From Candidatus Haiyanarchaeum thermophilum (GTDB taxonomy: Archaea > Nanobdellota > Nanobdellia > JAPDLS01 > Haiyanarchaeaceae), in the NCBI GenBank assembly GCA_025920425.1, contig JAPDLS010000001.1, positions 158,435 through 222,434 on the forward strand: DNA of 64,000 nucleotides, in the 5' to 3' direction. How positions within the stretch are numbered: the stretch's first letter is position 1; every line of letters begins with the position of its first letter. The notes beneath the pieces were generated by a model. It was not told the DNA's origin, did not search any database, and was given only the letters and a program-made list of their open reading frames with translations. The position numbers were made by a program, and so were the translations under genes. This document shows positions 29,317 to 39,331 of the stretch, one piece after another.

Positions 29317-30000
29317 ATGAGAAGTGATGGTAGGAGAAATGATGAATTGAGGAAGATCGAAGCTGAGGTAGGAGTAATTAGTAGTGCCGACGGTTCAGCC
29401 TACTTCAAGATAGGAAATACAGCAGTACTGGCTGCAGTTCATGGGCCGCGGGAACTTCATCCTAAACATCTCCAAGATCCTGAGAAGAGCATTGTAAGAT
29501 GCTATTATAATATGACCACATTTTCTGTACCTGAGAGGAAACCTCCCAGTCCTGGGAGGAGGGAGATCGAGCTGAGTTCTATGATAAAGAGGGCTCTCAC
29601 CCCAGCTATCTTCGTAGAGGAATTTCCAAGGACTGCAATCGATATCTATACTTATGTGATCGAAGCTGATGCAGGGACCAGATGTGCAAGCATCTGTGCA
29701 GCCTCTCTGGCTCTTGCAGATGCGGGAGTGCCTATGCGAGATCTAGTAGCTGCAGTAGCTGCAGGAAAAGTGGGAAGTGAGATCGTACTTGACCTCACTA
29801 AGGAAGAGGAAGATAGCGAGCAATGCACAGATGTCCCTATCGCATACATGCCCAACAAAGATTATATTACTCTTATTCAATTAGATGGGGAAGTGAGCCT
29901 AGAGGAGTTGAGGGAGATCATAAAACTGGGGATTAAGGGATGTTTAGAGATCTATGAGATCCAAAAGAAAGCTCTTAGGAGGAAATATGTGGAAATATGA
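29317..30000 (+). CDS. rrp41: Exosome catalytic subunit Rrp41
   Basis: R.DGRR.DELR, ADGSAY, GPRELHP, ADAGTRCA, LALADAGVPMRDLV, DL..EED. Confidence 0.96.
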   Translation: MRSDGRRNDELRKIEAEVGVISSADGSAYFKIGNTAVLAAVHGPRELHPKHLQDPEKSIVRCYYNMTTFSVPERKPPSPGRREIELSSMIKRALTPAIFVEEFPRTAIDIYTYVIEADAGTRCASICAASLALADAGVPMRDLVAAVAAGKVGSEIVLDLTKEEEDSEQCTDVPIAYMPNKDYITLIQLDGEVSLEELREIIKLGIKGCLEIYEIQKKALRRKYVEI

Positions 30001-31373
30001 AAGTAAGAATTAGAGGAATATATTCCACAGCACTTACCCAGTTACTCTTAGAGCATAATTTCGAAATCGTAGATCAATCTCCCATAGCTAATGAAAGGTT
30101 CAAGCTAGAAAACGAGGAAAAGGGAGCAGATATCCTTATCTATGATAAGGAAGACCTTAACGGGATTACTATCCATGGAGAAGGAAGTGAGCAGGTGGTT
30201 GAACTCTTAAGAAAGTACTTTAAAGAGATCTTCATAAGGAAAATGGAAATAGGTACCATCTATTGTGGGATAATTAGAAAATTTGATCAGAGAAATAAGA
30301 ACATACTCATCGACCTAGGAGGTTCTCAGGGAATTCTTCCCCTTCACCACTATTGGGGTTATTTAAAGGAGGGAGAAAAAGTATTGGTACAGACAAAAGG
30401 TTACCATAGGGATCTTTATTTACTCTCCACCCAGTTGAGAATCTTTGGTAATAATTTGATCCTGATAAAAAATGGATTTACAAAGGTAAGCAAACATATT
30501 AAAGACGAAGAAGAGAATAGAAGGCTCCTGAGTCTTAGTCATGAAGCTAAAATTAGAGGATATGGAGTGCTCTGGAAGGCACTAGCGCAAGGAAAGAGTG
30601 ATGAAGAACTGCTGAAGGAAATGATGGAGCTCTTCAAGAAGGAGGAACAGATCAAACAATTCTTTCAAGAATGCAATGGTCCCCAACTGCTGGAGAAGGG
30701 ATTGCTAACATACTTCATAGATTTTGGTCCGGAAGCTAAGGCTAAATTGGATGAATTACGTAAAAAGGTAACCCCCACTATTTGCAAGCATCATGAACTT
30801 AAATCATTTAACTATATGGAACTTGTAGATTTGGCCGAATCTTTGGCTGAGAAATTTGGGGAAGATGTCGTGGAGAATTGCGTTAATTCCATACTGCAGA
30901 AAAGTTTTCCTCCAGTAGGATCTCTATACACAGTGGTCTGCAAGAAGTTAAATGGGAAAAGTATAGTGATAAAGGGTAAAATTGAGGAAATCACTCCAGA
31001 TATAATTAAGCTCAAGAGGACAATAAGATACAGAGGAAGCTATGATGGGCTAAACCTAAAAACCGAGCTTGGAGATTATGCCATCACTAAAGTGAGGAGG
31101 GGGGCTGAGTTCCTCCTCCATGAATATTACAATTCTAAGGGAGAATTGAAGGGAAAATACTATTCGATTTGTACTCCAATTGAGATATCCCCAAGGTTTG
31201 CGAGATGCATAGATCTTGAGGTAGATGTGGTGGAGGACCAAGAGGGAAGAAGAATCATAGATGTAGATAAGCTAGAGGATAAATTCAAAGATGGGATCAT
31301 CAGCGAGGAAATTTACAAAAAAGCCAAAGAAAGAGCCGAAAGTATCTACATGGGTGAAGGAGATGGTATATGA
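29997..31373 (+). CDS. fau-1: FAU-1 family AU-rich RNA-binding ribonuclease (RNase E/G-like N-terminus, DUF402 C-terminus)
   Basis: KVRIRGIYSTALT.LL N-terminus, S1-like segment, LDELR.KV.PT...HH..K, G.YDGL....E.GDYAIT, G.LKG.YY.I.TPIE...DLEVDVV. Confidence 0.85.
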   Translation: MKVRIRGIYSTALTQLLLEHNFEIVDQSPIANERFKLENEEKGADILIYDKEDLNGITIHGEGSEQVVELLRKYFKEIFIRKMEIGTIYCGIIRKFDQRNKNILIDLGGSQGILPLHHYWGYLKEGEKVLVQTKGYHRDLYLLSTQLRIFGNNLILIKNGFTKVSKHIKDEEENRRLLSLSHEAKIRGYGVLWKALAQGKSDEELLKEMMELFKKEEQIKQFFQECNGPQLLEKGLLTYFIDFGPEAKAKLDELRKKVTPTICKHHELKSFNYMELVDLAESLAEKFGEDVVENCVNSILQKSFPPVGSLYTVVCKKLNGKSIVIKGKIEEITPDIIKLKRTIRYRGSYDGLNLKTELGDYAITKVRRGAEFLLHEYYNSKGELKGKYYSICTPIEISPRFARCIDLEVDVVEDQEGRRIIDVDKLEDKFKDGIISEEIYKKAKERAESIYMGEGDGI

Positions 31374-32139
31374 ATATATTATAGATATGGTAAACAGGGG
31401 ATTGAGAATAGATGGAAGGAAATTCTTCGAGTACAGGCCTATCCAGATCCGCGTGAATGTCTCTAAAAATGCTGAAGGATCAGCTCTCGTATCACTGGGA
31501 GAAACTAAAGTACTCGCTGGAGTAAAGATGGATATAGTTGAGCCATTTGAAGATAGGCCAGATGAGGGGGTACTAATAGTAAATGCTGAATTTGCTCCAT
31601 TGGCCTCTCCTATGTTCGAACCAGGCCCTCCTAATGAAGATGCTATAGAGCTTGCAAGGGTGGTAGACCGGGGAATCAGAGAGAGCAATGCTATAGATCT
31701 AAAATCCCTTTGCATCGAAGCTGGCTCAAAGGTATGGGGAATATTCGTAGATATTTACATACTAAATCATGATGGAAATTTAATTGATGCAAGCGCTCTA
31801 GCGGCAATTGTTTCTCTCCTCACTGCTAGATTTCCAATCGTAGAGGGTGATAAGGTAGTCTATGGAAAATGGTGTGAGAAAAAATTGAAAGTAAATAAAA
31901 TTCCAGTATGCTGCACATTTGTGAAAATTGGCAATCATTTCCTCCTGGACCCAAACTTGAGGGAGGAAAGTGCCTTAGAAGCTGGCCTTAGTGTAATAGT
32001 AACTGATGAAAAAACCAATGCTCTTCAGAAAAGAGGAGAAATAGGAGGTCTCAAGTTTGCCGAGGTGATGAAGTGTATTGAGATAGCTCTGGAGAAAGGA
32101 AAAGAACTCAAACAGATGGTGGAGAGGGCTGTAAGTTGA
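31363..32139 (+). CDS. rrp42: Exosome subunit Rrp42
   Basis: RIDGR...EYR, AEGSA.V.LGET.V, PF.DRPDEG, FEPGPPNE.AIELARVVDRGIRES, HDGNL.DA. Start at ATG 31363 after SD GGTGAAGGAG. Confidence 0.95.
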   Translation: MVYEYIIDMVNRGLRIDGRKFFEYRPIQIRVNVSKNAEGSALVSLGETKVLAGVKMDIVEPFEDRPDEGVLIVNAEFAPLASPMFEPGPPNEDAIELARVVDRGIRESNAIDLKSLCIEAGSKVWGIFVDIYILNHDGNLIDASALAAIVSLLTARFPIVEGDKVVYGKWCEKKLKVNKIPVCCTFVKIGNHFLLDPNLREESALEAGLSVIVTDEKTNALQKRGEIGGLKFAEVMKCIEIALEKGKELKQMVERAVS

Positions 32140-33287
32140 TATTTCTTAGGGCAATCCCTTCTATAAAGAAAAACTCTGCAGGGAAGGATTTCTTAGAGGT
32201 GCACGTAGATAGCGATGTAGGCAAGCTTAGAGTGTCTGTTCCAGTCGGAACTAGCAGGAGTGCTTTTGAGTATCCTTTCCTCCTAGGAAGAGAGATACGC
32301 AAAATTCAGAGACTTTCTACTAAATGTAGAGGTATGGAGTTCAGAAACGTAAATGATGTTCTCAAATTCGAGAAAAGATGTAAATGCCTTCCTATTTCCT
32401 TGGCTATCATAAAAGGACTAAGTTTGGAAAGACATCTCCCTGTATGGAAGCTCCTATTCAAGAAAGCTAGGCCCCCTCTCATCATCTCCAAGATCTTTGG
32501 AGGGGGAAAACATACATCTCTCCTAGGAGCTCCAGAATTCCAAGAATTCTTAGTTTTCCCTACTTCCGACGTGGGGCTGCAGAAAAATATTTTTCTCAAC
32601 AAATTAGTGTATAAAAGAGCTTTAAAGTTCTTGAAAAGGGAAAAAATAACATTCACTACAGATATTGAAGGAGGAATAGTAGCTAAACTTACCAATGAGC
32701 AAGTACTCAATCTGCTGGCAAATATAGTACAATCGGTAAGTTACGAAAGTGAAACCGAGCTCGCGATCGGTATCGATGTAGCCGCCTCCTCGTTTTTTAT
32801 TAGGGGAAGATACAAGTATCTTGATAGGAGGATAGATGAAGATTCCCAGCTCAAGTATATCAAATTTCTCACCGAGGAATATAATTTGAGATATGTTGAA
32901 GATCCATTCCATCAGAATGCGTTCGATAGCTTTCGTAAATTCAAAAGATACTTTAGAAGAAAGGTAATTATATGTGGAGATGACTTGGTAGCAACTAGAT
33001 TAAAGAGGCTAAGAGTCGCAAATTCCCATCACGCCATAAATGCTTGTATAATTAAACCAAATCAATGCTATTCTCTTTCAGAAACTTTGGCTGTGATGAA
33101 ACTTGCAAAAAAGTTTAAATATTTAAGAGTTTTTTCGCATAGATCTGTAGAAACTCCAGAAAGAATCTTCGCGGATTTGGCTATGGGATGTGAAATGTAC
33201 AAGATCTCTGTGGTAACGAGGGAAAGGATGTTAAAACTTAGAAGACTTATCGAAATCTTGAACGAAAATGGAGTTGTTAGTTCCTAG
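32136..33287 (+). CDS. eno: Enolase, divergent and Lys/Arg-rich
   Basis: GGGKH, FQEF, IEGG, DVAASSF, EDPF, GDDL, IKPNQ, SHRS.ET...ADLA, ER..K. Shorter than typical enolases (383 aa). Confidence 0.78.
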   Translation: MIFLRAIPSIKKNSAGKDFLEVHVDSDVGKLRVSVPVGTSRSAFEYPFLLGREIRKIQRLSTKCRGMEFRNVNDVLKFEKRCKCLPISLAIIKGLSLERHLPVWKLLFKKARPPLIISKIFGGGKHTSLLGAPEFQEFLVFPTSDVGLQKNIFLNKLVYKRALKFLKREKITFTTDIEGGIVAKLTNEQVLNLLANIVQSVSYESETELAIGIDVAASSFFIRGRYKYLDRRIDEDSQLKYIKFLTEEYNLRYVEDPFHQNAFDSFRKFKRYFRRKVIICGDDLVATRLKRLRVANSHHAINACIIKPNQCYSLSETLAVMKLAKKFKYLRVFSHRSVETPERIFADLAMGCEMYKISVVTRERMLKLRRLIEILNENGVVSS

Positions 33288-33855
33288 GGAAAAATACTTG
33301 GCTAGCGGGATCCACATATGCAGCAAAAGTAGGACTAAATTCATGAAGGAATTTGTCTTCCGCATTCGGAGTGATGGTACCAACATTCTAGATGTGAGAA
33401 AGATCGATGAGAGATTGAGGATAGTTGCCAATTTCTTGAGCCAATTTGAGCCCAATGAGATCCTGGTGGTAGGGAGAAGGGATGTCTGCCGTAATCCAAT
33501 CCAAAAATTCTCCGAAGTGGTTGGAGCTGTTGCAATTGTGGGTCGCTATTTGCCAGGAACCCTCACCAATCCGACATATTCTCAAAACTTTCCCACACCG
33601 AAGGTGGTGATAATCTGTGATCCTTGGATAGATAGGGTAGCTTTCCAAGATGCTCTCAAGATCAATGTTCCTATCATAGTGCTGGCTGATGTAAACGTAA
33701 CTCCTACAAATGTAGATTTGATCCTTCCTTGCAATAACAAGTCTGGAAAGGCTCTTGCTCTCATCTTCTGGATTTTAGCACGAGAGTACCTAAAGAGAAA
33801 GGGAATTATCAGCAAAGATGAGGAATTCAAATATAAGTTGAGTGACTTCACATGA
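33268..33855 (+). CDS. rps2: 30S ribosomal protein S2
   Basis: LLVP..KYLASGIH, R.DG...LDV.KIDERL, GRYLPGTLTNP, PCNNK...ALAL..W.LARE. Confidence 0.95.
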   Translation: MELLVPREKYLASGIHICSKSRTKFMKEFVFRIRSDGTNILDVRKIDERLRIVANFLSQFEPNEILVVGRRDVCRNPIQKFSEVVGAVAIVGRYLPGTLTNPTYSQNFPTPKVVIICDPWIDRVAFQDALKINVPIIVLADVNVTPTNVDLILPCNNKSGKALALIFWILAREYLKRKGIISKDEEFKYKLSDFT

Positions 33856-34721
33856 ATAGGAAAATTAGGAAAGCTACCTTCGCCGGTCAATTCTATAGTG
33901 CTAAGCGAGATTCTCTCATCAAGGAACTTAACTCATGTTTTCTCTCGGAGCTTGGAGTTGGTAAACTTCCCGAGCTTCGGGAGGAACACAAGATAGTTGG
34001 TGCTATTTCCCCGCATGCTGGCTATGCCTTCTCAGGAGCATGCGCATCTTTTGTATACTTCGAACTTGCTAAGGCAAAAAAGCCAGATTATTTCCTAATC
34101 TTAGGAGTAAATCATCATGGAATGGGGAAGAAGATCTCTATCTCGGAGATGGATGTAGAGACACCATTGGGAATATGTGAAGTAAATAGGGAAATAGTCC
34201 TTGAGATCATTAGGAGAAAACTAGCCCAATTAGATGAAACAGCTCATGCCTATGAGCATAGTATTGAAGTTCAACTACCATTTATGCAATTTTCACTCAA
34301 GAAATTTAAATTCGTCCCCATACTCTTCAGGGAAATTGAATTGGATGAATGTCTAGAGTTTGCTGAAGGAATTTGTGAGATCCTCAGGGAAAAGCCTGGA
34401 GTAGTACTAGCAAGCTCAGACTTCACTCATTATGGCTCCATGTATGGATATCTCCCATTCATTTCCCAGATAAAGGAAAATATGTATAAGCTGGATAGAG
34501 AAATCATCGATGAAATCTTGCGCTTAAATTTTGAGAAGTTCTTCAAGAGGGTGAGGGTGGAGGGTCTTACTGTATGTGGTTACATCCCTATCACCATTCT
34601 GCTCATCCTGATGAAACGAATTGGGGCCAAAGGTAGGCTTCTCAAATATTACACGAGTGGTGATGTGACAGGAGATTATGAAAATTCTGTAGGGTATGCA
34701 TCCATTATCTTTGAAGTTTGA
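33852..34721 (+). CDS. MEMO1 / AmmeMemoRadiSam protein B
   Basis: R...AGQFY, PHAGY.FSG, H.YEHSIEVQLPF.Q, ASSDFTHYG, CG..PI, Y.TSGDV...VGYAS. Confidence 0.93.
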   Translation: MNRKIRKATFAGQFYSAKRDSLIKELNSCFLSELGVGKLPELREEHKIVGAISPHAGYAFSGACASFVYFELAKAKKPDYFLILGVNHHGMGKKISISEMDVETPLGICEVNREIVLEIIRRKLAQLDETAHAYEHSIEVQLPFMQFSLKKFKFVPILFREIELDECLEFAEGICEILREKPGVVLASSDFTHYGSMYGYLPFISQIKENMYKLDREIIDEILRLNFEKFFKRVRVEGLTVCGYIPITILLILMKRIGAKGRLLKYYTSGDVTGDYENSVGYASIIFEV

Positions 34722-36438
34722 GCCCCTCCCTAGTTTTCACAGCAACTCCTCTCTGCATTACTTTCATTTCTTCACTACTCAGCACAGCTTCCCCCACTCC
34801 AAGCAACTCGTTCTTAGAGTTCAAGATCAATACTTCATCTCTTGGTAGAATATTTGGGTCTGCCCTTTCAACAAACTTCACGAAGAGATTTCTACCACTC
34901 CTTACCAATTCCTCAACCTCAGGTTTTCCTTCCACAAAGACTCGATTATTCTTGAGTTTATCCTTAATCCTCAAAGCTCCAGCTATCCTCAAGCATAGGA
35001 AACCATCTCTTGGCCTAAGTGTAGCTAAAAGTTCAGAGTCAGAGTATATTCTTCTTATCTTTCCTGTAGTGGGGCTTTTGAAGATCTTAACATTACCGGG
35101 AAATAGAACTCTACCTATCCCTCTTCCAAATTGATAATCTGCTATCTTTCTTATCCTCTCGAGATCCTTAACTATTCCTTTACTAAATTTAAATAGAGGC
35201 TTTCCTTCGATCGAGAGAGATTGGAAGAAAGGATAGGTCTGATCTAGGGCAGCTGGAATAAGTTTAGTTCCAAAGATCCTTCTTACCCTCATCTTGGCCC
35301 TCCTTATTTCTGGTCTAAGTTTAGTTTCTTCTCCAGTGTAGAAGAGGCCACTTCTCTTTCTCATGGGATCATACTTATCGAAAAGTTTGGAGAATATTCT
35401 CAAAGCCTTGAGATACGCTTCAAACAATCTAGGATGGCTTCTGCACCTGACAGCACAAAGCTCGAAGAGCCTATTCTCAATTATAGCCTCTCTTATTTCC
35501 TTAATCACTTTAAAGAGCACATACAGATTGTGGAGGGCTAGCAATCTTTCCCTCTCACCTTTAAGCATTTCCTTCAACTCTTTTATATCGTATCGAGAAC
35601 AAATCTCACAATTGCATGGTAATTCCTGCATTTCCTCAAGCCTTAGAGTTCCTATGTCTGTCATATATCTATCATCACTTGCGAAGAGAGCATAAGAAGC
35701 GCTATCGAAGATATCACACCCAAGAAGAGTGGCTAAGGGCATAAATGAAGGTAGTCCAACTCCAAAGAGGTGAAATGCTCTGCTGATTGGCAGCTTAGAT
35801 TTTGCTGCATGGACCATGTAACACACTTGGGTGAACTCATAATTATTTAGAAACTGTACAGGTTCTCCAAGCGAATGCATAGCATATGGCAGTCTACTGA
35901 GCTCTTTAGCACATTTCGAGATCAGGTCTAAAAACTTTCCTCCTTGTATCGGTGCCGACCACAACATATTCTTTCTCCTCATCAGCTTAAGGCTTTCCCT
36001 AGCATTCTGGAGGGTGATCTCAACACTCCTCTTAGCTTCCCTCCTCCCTGCTGAGGCAGGAGTTGGGAGATCTAAAGTTATGCCTATATCTGCGCCTATT
36101 TCCTCTTGAAACTTAAGGATCTCTGCAAAATCTATTTCCACTCCTCTGTATCTATGAATTTGATATCCTCCATTATCTACCATAATTGCTCCTTTAAATT
36201 TGAGCAAACGATGAATCCTGTACCTCAGAGCAGCTTCCCTCAGATCTGGATGTTTGAAGATGATGTAACTGTTAGCCATTATCATCTTAGCCTTGAACCT
36301 TCTAGCCATTTCCTTTGGCTCTACGATGAGTTTATTTGGATTTATCACTGGACAAAATACTGGAAGCTCTATTTTCCCATGCTCAGTATGCAATATCCCT
36401 ATTCTGGCCAACCCATCATGATATTTTATCTCCAGCAT
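34705..36438 (-). CDS. tgtA: Archaeosine tRNA-guanine(15) transglycosylase with PUA domain
   Basis: DGLARIG, PVINP, DNGGYQ, LD.PT, P.QGG, HLFG, D.FDSASYA, C.CEIC Zn site, HNL, C-terminal PUA (GVAVKTR). Confidence 0.93.
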   Translation of the reverse strand: MLEIKYHDGLARIGILHTEHGKIELPVFCPVINPNKLIVEPKEMARRFKAKMIMANSYIIFKHPDLREAALRYRIHRLLKFKGAIMVDNGGYQIHRYRGVEIDFAEILKFQEEIGADIGITLDLPTPASAGRREAKRSVEITLQNARESLKLMRRKNMLWSAPIQGGKFLDLISKCAKELSRLPYAMHSLGEPVQFLNNYEFTQVCYMVHAAKSKLPISRAFHLFGVGLPSFMPLATLLGCDIFDSASYALFASDDRYMTDIGTLRLEEMQELPCNCEICSRYDIKELKEMLKGERERLLALHNLYVLFKVIKEIREAIIENRLFELCAVRCRSHPRLFEAYLKALRIFSKLFDKYDPMRKRSGLFYTGEETKLRPEIRRAKMRVRRIFGTKLIPAALDQTYPFFQSLSIEGKPLFKFSKGIVKDLERIRKIADYQFGRGIGRVLFPGNVKIFKSPTTGKIRRIYSDSELLATLRPRDGFLCLRIAGALRIKDKLKNNRVFVEGKPEVEELVRSGRNLFVKFVERADPNILPRDEVLILNSKNELLGVGEAVLSSEEMKVMQRGVAVKTREGLKLQR

Positions 36439-36447
36439 ATATAGAAA

Positions 36448-37095
36448 GTGTTAAATAAGGCTATAAAGCTTTTAAGATTTATGAGAACTTGGCAATATCT
36501 GCTCCTTTTGTTGGGAGCATTTGGAATTGCTGGGGTATTCATTTCCTACGTTTCTAGGATTCCAACTCCACTTCCCCAAAATTTCACCACCCCTGAAAGG
36601 ATAGGGGAAAATAGGATTACTTTAACTCAGGAAGCCATGGACGTGAAAATGCTAAGGAAAGATGGTTATGTAAAACTGGAGGCCATTTTACCAGTGAGTC
36701 GAAATTTGACTACTCTCAGACTAGAGCTCTCCTCCCCCTCAGGAGATTGGTCGTTCTCAATGGAAATGTGGAGACCAGTGATTACTCCTCAATTTGAGGA
36801 TGCGTTGAGGCTTAAGTTTAGCGAGGAAGATATTGGTGTAGTCTCTCAATTGGAGAGGGAGCTAAACACCAAAAATGTCAAAGTTGAGATCTACTTTAAG
36901 CTGGTGGAAAGGAGCGAATCTGCTACCTCCATCAATGTGAAGACTTTCCCGCTCTTCGAGGCTCTTCTTGAAACGATGAAGTATGGGAATTTTTCAGGCT
37001 TCCAAGAATTCACCATCTACGAGGGAAGGTGGAGAGGAAGAGCTATCATACAGGAAGGAGAGGTTGAGCTGTTGAGAAAGGAGATAGTGGTATGA
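36448..37095 (+). CDS. Hypothetical membrane-anchored protein
   Basis: One N-terminal TM helix; coupled to RNase J by ATGA overlap. Real start may be ATG 36481. Confidence 0.55.
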   Translation: MLNKAIKLLRFMRTWQYLLLLLGAFGIAGVFISYVSRIPTPLPQNFTTPERIGENRITLTQEAMDVKMLRKDGYVKLEAILPVSRNLTTLRLELSSPSGDWSFSMEMWRPVITPQFEDALRLKFSEEDIGVVSQLERELNTKNVKVEIYFKLVERSESATSINVKTFPLFEALLETMKYGNFSGFQEFTIYEGRWRGRAIIQEGEVELLRKEIVV

Positions 37096-38405
37096 ACATC
37101 TTTGCAATTGGAGGATATTCTGAAATAGGTAGAAACATGACTGCCATCAAAGTAGGGGATGATACCCTTCTATTGGATTGTGGCCTTTGGATCGAGAAGG
37201 TAGTAGAAATAGAGGATGGAAATATCTCCCAAATGAATGTAATTGAACTCATGGAGAGAGAAGCAGTTCCTAATGATTTAGATTTCTTCGAGAAACATGG
37301 AAGATCGGTTAAGGCTATCGTATGTACTCATGCTCATTTAGATCACTGTGGGGCAATTCCAATCTTAGCAAATAAGTACAAGGCCCCAATAATTGCTACC
37401 CCATTTACGATCGAAGTAATTCAGAGTCTTTATGAAGAGCGAGGAACGGAGATTCCAAGATTCATAAGACTTAATCCAGGCTCCAGTTACAGAATTGCAA
37501 GCTTTCTCATCCGATTTCTGCATGTTACTCATTCCACCCCTCAAACTGTGATGGCTTCTATTGAAAGTAAGGAAGGGGAAATACTCTATGCTAACGACTT
37601 CAAATTCGATGATCATCCTCTACTTGGAAAGAAAACAGATTACTCCGGAATTTCTGAAAGGAAGGGAGCAAAGCTCCTCATCTCAGACTCAACCAGAATA
37701 GAGAGGGAGGGAAGGTGCTATAGTGAGAGTCTAGTAAAGGAAATGCTTTCCGATATTCTAGAGTGGGTCGGTTCTGAGGAGAAACTCCTTATCCTCACAA
37801 CCTTTTCCAGTCATCTGGCTAGGATTAGGATGATGGTAGAAATGCTGAGGAAAGTAAAGAGGGAACCCCTCCTTCTAGGAAGAAGTCTCGCTACTTACAT
37901 CGAATGCGCCGAAAGGATAAATCTGATCAATTTTCCAAAATACTGCAAAGTGCTTGGGGAAAAAGAGAAGATAGATAAGGCCCTAAAGCAGGTATCCCAC
38001 GACCCTGGAAAGTATGCAATTATCTGCACTGGGAATCAAGGAGAGCCGAGATCGGTTCTCTTCAGAATAGCTAGGGATGAAACTCCACTTAAGTTGAGCA
38101 ACGAAGATGTGGTGATCTTTTGCTCTGAAGTGATACCTTCCCCGATTAATAGGGCTCATCGGGCAGATCTAGAGAGGAGATTGAGGAATAAGGGCGTAAG
38201 GATCTTTAAGGATGTCCATGTATCTGGTCATGCATTCAGAGAGGATCATCGTTGGCTCCTGAAAACGATTGGTCCTAAATATTACTTGCCTACACATGGA
38301 GGGTTAGACAAAATAGTGCATGCTGTGGAGTTGGCTCATGAGCTAGGATATGAATTGAATAAAGATGTATTTGTCCTCCAAAATTTCCAAGAGCTTAAGA
38401 TATGA
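37092..38405 (+). CDS. rnj: Archaeal RNase J (beta-CASP ribonuclease)
   Basis: IGGYSEIGRNMTA, THAHLDHCGA, HSTPQ, YANDFKFD, TTFSSH.AR, TG.QGEP, HVSGHA.RED, P.HG. Confidence 0.93.
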   Translation: MNIFAIGGYSEIGRNMTAIKVGDDTLLLDCGLWIEKVVEIEDGNISQMNVIELMEREAVPNDLDFFEKHGRSVKAIVCTHAHLDHCGAIPILANKYKAPIIATPFTIEVIQSLYEERGTEIPRFIRLNPGSSYRIASFLIRFLHVTHSTPQTVMASIESKEGEILYANDFKFDDHPLLGKKTDYSGISERKGAKLLISDSTRIEREGRCYSESLVKEMLSDILEWVGSEEKLLILTTFSSHLARIRMMVEMLRKVKREPLLLGRSLATYIECAERINLINFPKYCKVLGEKEKIDKALKQVSHDPGKYAIICTGNQGEPRSVLFRIARDETPLKLSNEDVVIFCSEVIPSPINRAHRADLERRLRNKGVRIFKDVHVSGHAFREDHRWLLKTIGPKYYLPTHGGLDKIVHAVELAHELGYELNKDVFVLQNFQELKI

Positions 38406-39313
38406 AACTAATTGAGCTTCATGCTCATACTTATTATTCGAGAGGTACATACTTAAGTTACGATGCCTGCGACTCTCCGGAGGAGATGGTAGATGAAGCA
38501 TACCGTAAGGGATTTTCTGGAATAGCAATCACTGATCACAATACTACTAAGGGTTTCTCAAGAGCTTTTCAAAGATCCAAGAAATATAGAGATTTTATTG
38601 TAATTCCTGGGATGGAGTTGGATGTGAAATTGGGAAAGAGATATGCCCACCTCCTCCTGCTTTCTGACAGTCCAAAGTTTCCACACTTTAATCCTGGAGA
38701 GAACCTTGAAGTTGTCTTGGACAGGGCCAGAGATGAGAATCTCTTGAGTGTGGCTGCCCATCCATGTGGTACTCTCTGGAATTATATGGAGATGGATCCA
38801 AGGAATTTGAGGACAGATCTCGTAGAGGCCTATAATCCATTTTCGATTTATTCAATTAATGATTCATTGAAATTTGCTAGGAGTGGAAACAAATTTTATG
38901 TAGCTGGAAGTGATGCTCATACTAAGGAAATGGTAGGCCTTACTTATAACTTGGTTTATGCAGATGACGAAAATGATCTACTTGAGAAATTGAGGAAGGA
39001 ACAATTAAAATGTGGTTTCACCAAGAGCCTTCCCTCACTCCTCAACTCCCTCATCAGTTCTTACAGGAGAAAACTTATTTTAAATCAGCAGAATCTTCAA
39101 AATTTGAAGTTTCATGAAGATGATGCCCTATTTACTCTCCTCAAGATAAGCGGTAATATGAAGAAGATAATGAACCCATTACTTCAGACATTCTTGAAAA
39201 GTGGAAGGAATACGCCCTATCTGCCGCTCGCTGCTGCTTTAGCTTTCGAATGCAACCTTTACCTAAAATTTGAAAGGGTAAAGCAGCTTGTACTGGATAG
39301 AAATATTAAATAA
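38402..39313 (+). CDS. PHP-domain phosphoesterase
   Basis: ELHAHT, IAITDHN, PGME, AHP, GSDAH. Confidence 0.85.
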   Translation: MKLIELHAHTYYSRGTYLSYDACDSPEEMVDEAYRKGFSGIAITDHNTTKGFSRAFQRSKKYRDFIVIPGMELDVKLGKRYAHLLLLSDSPKFPHFNPGENLEVVLDRARDENLLSVAAHPCGTLWNYMEMDPRNLRTDLVEAYNPFSIYSINDSLKFARSGNKFYVAGSDAHTKEMVGLTYNLVYADDENDLLEKLRKEQLKCGFTKSLPSLLNSLISSYRRKLILNQQNLQNLKFHEDDALFTLLKISGNMKKIMNPLLQTFLKSGRNTPYLPLAAALAFECNLYLKFERVKQLVLDRNIK

Positions 39314-39331
39314 TAAAGTCTCATATTTTTC

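Noticed and set aside
31291-31362. Basic N-terminal extension of Rrp42 in the ORF track
   Set aside because: Lies inside fau-1; ATG 31363 has a good SD.
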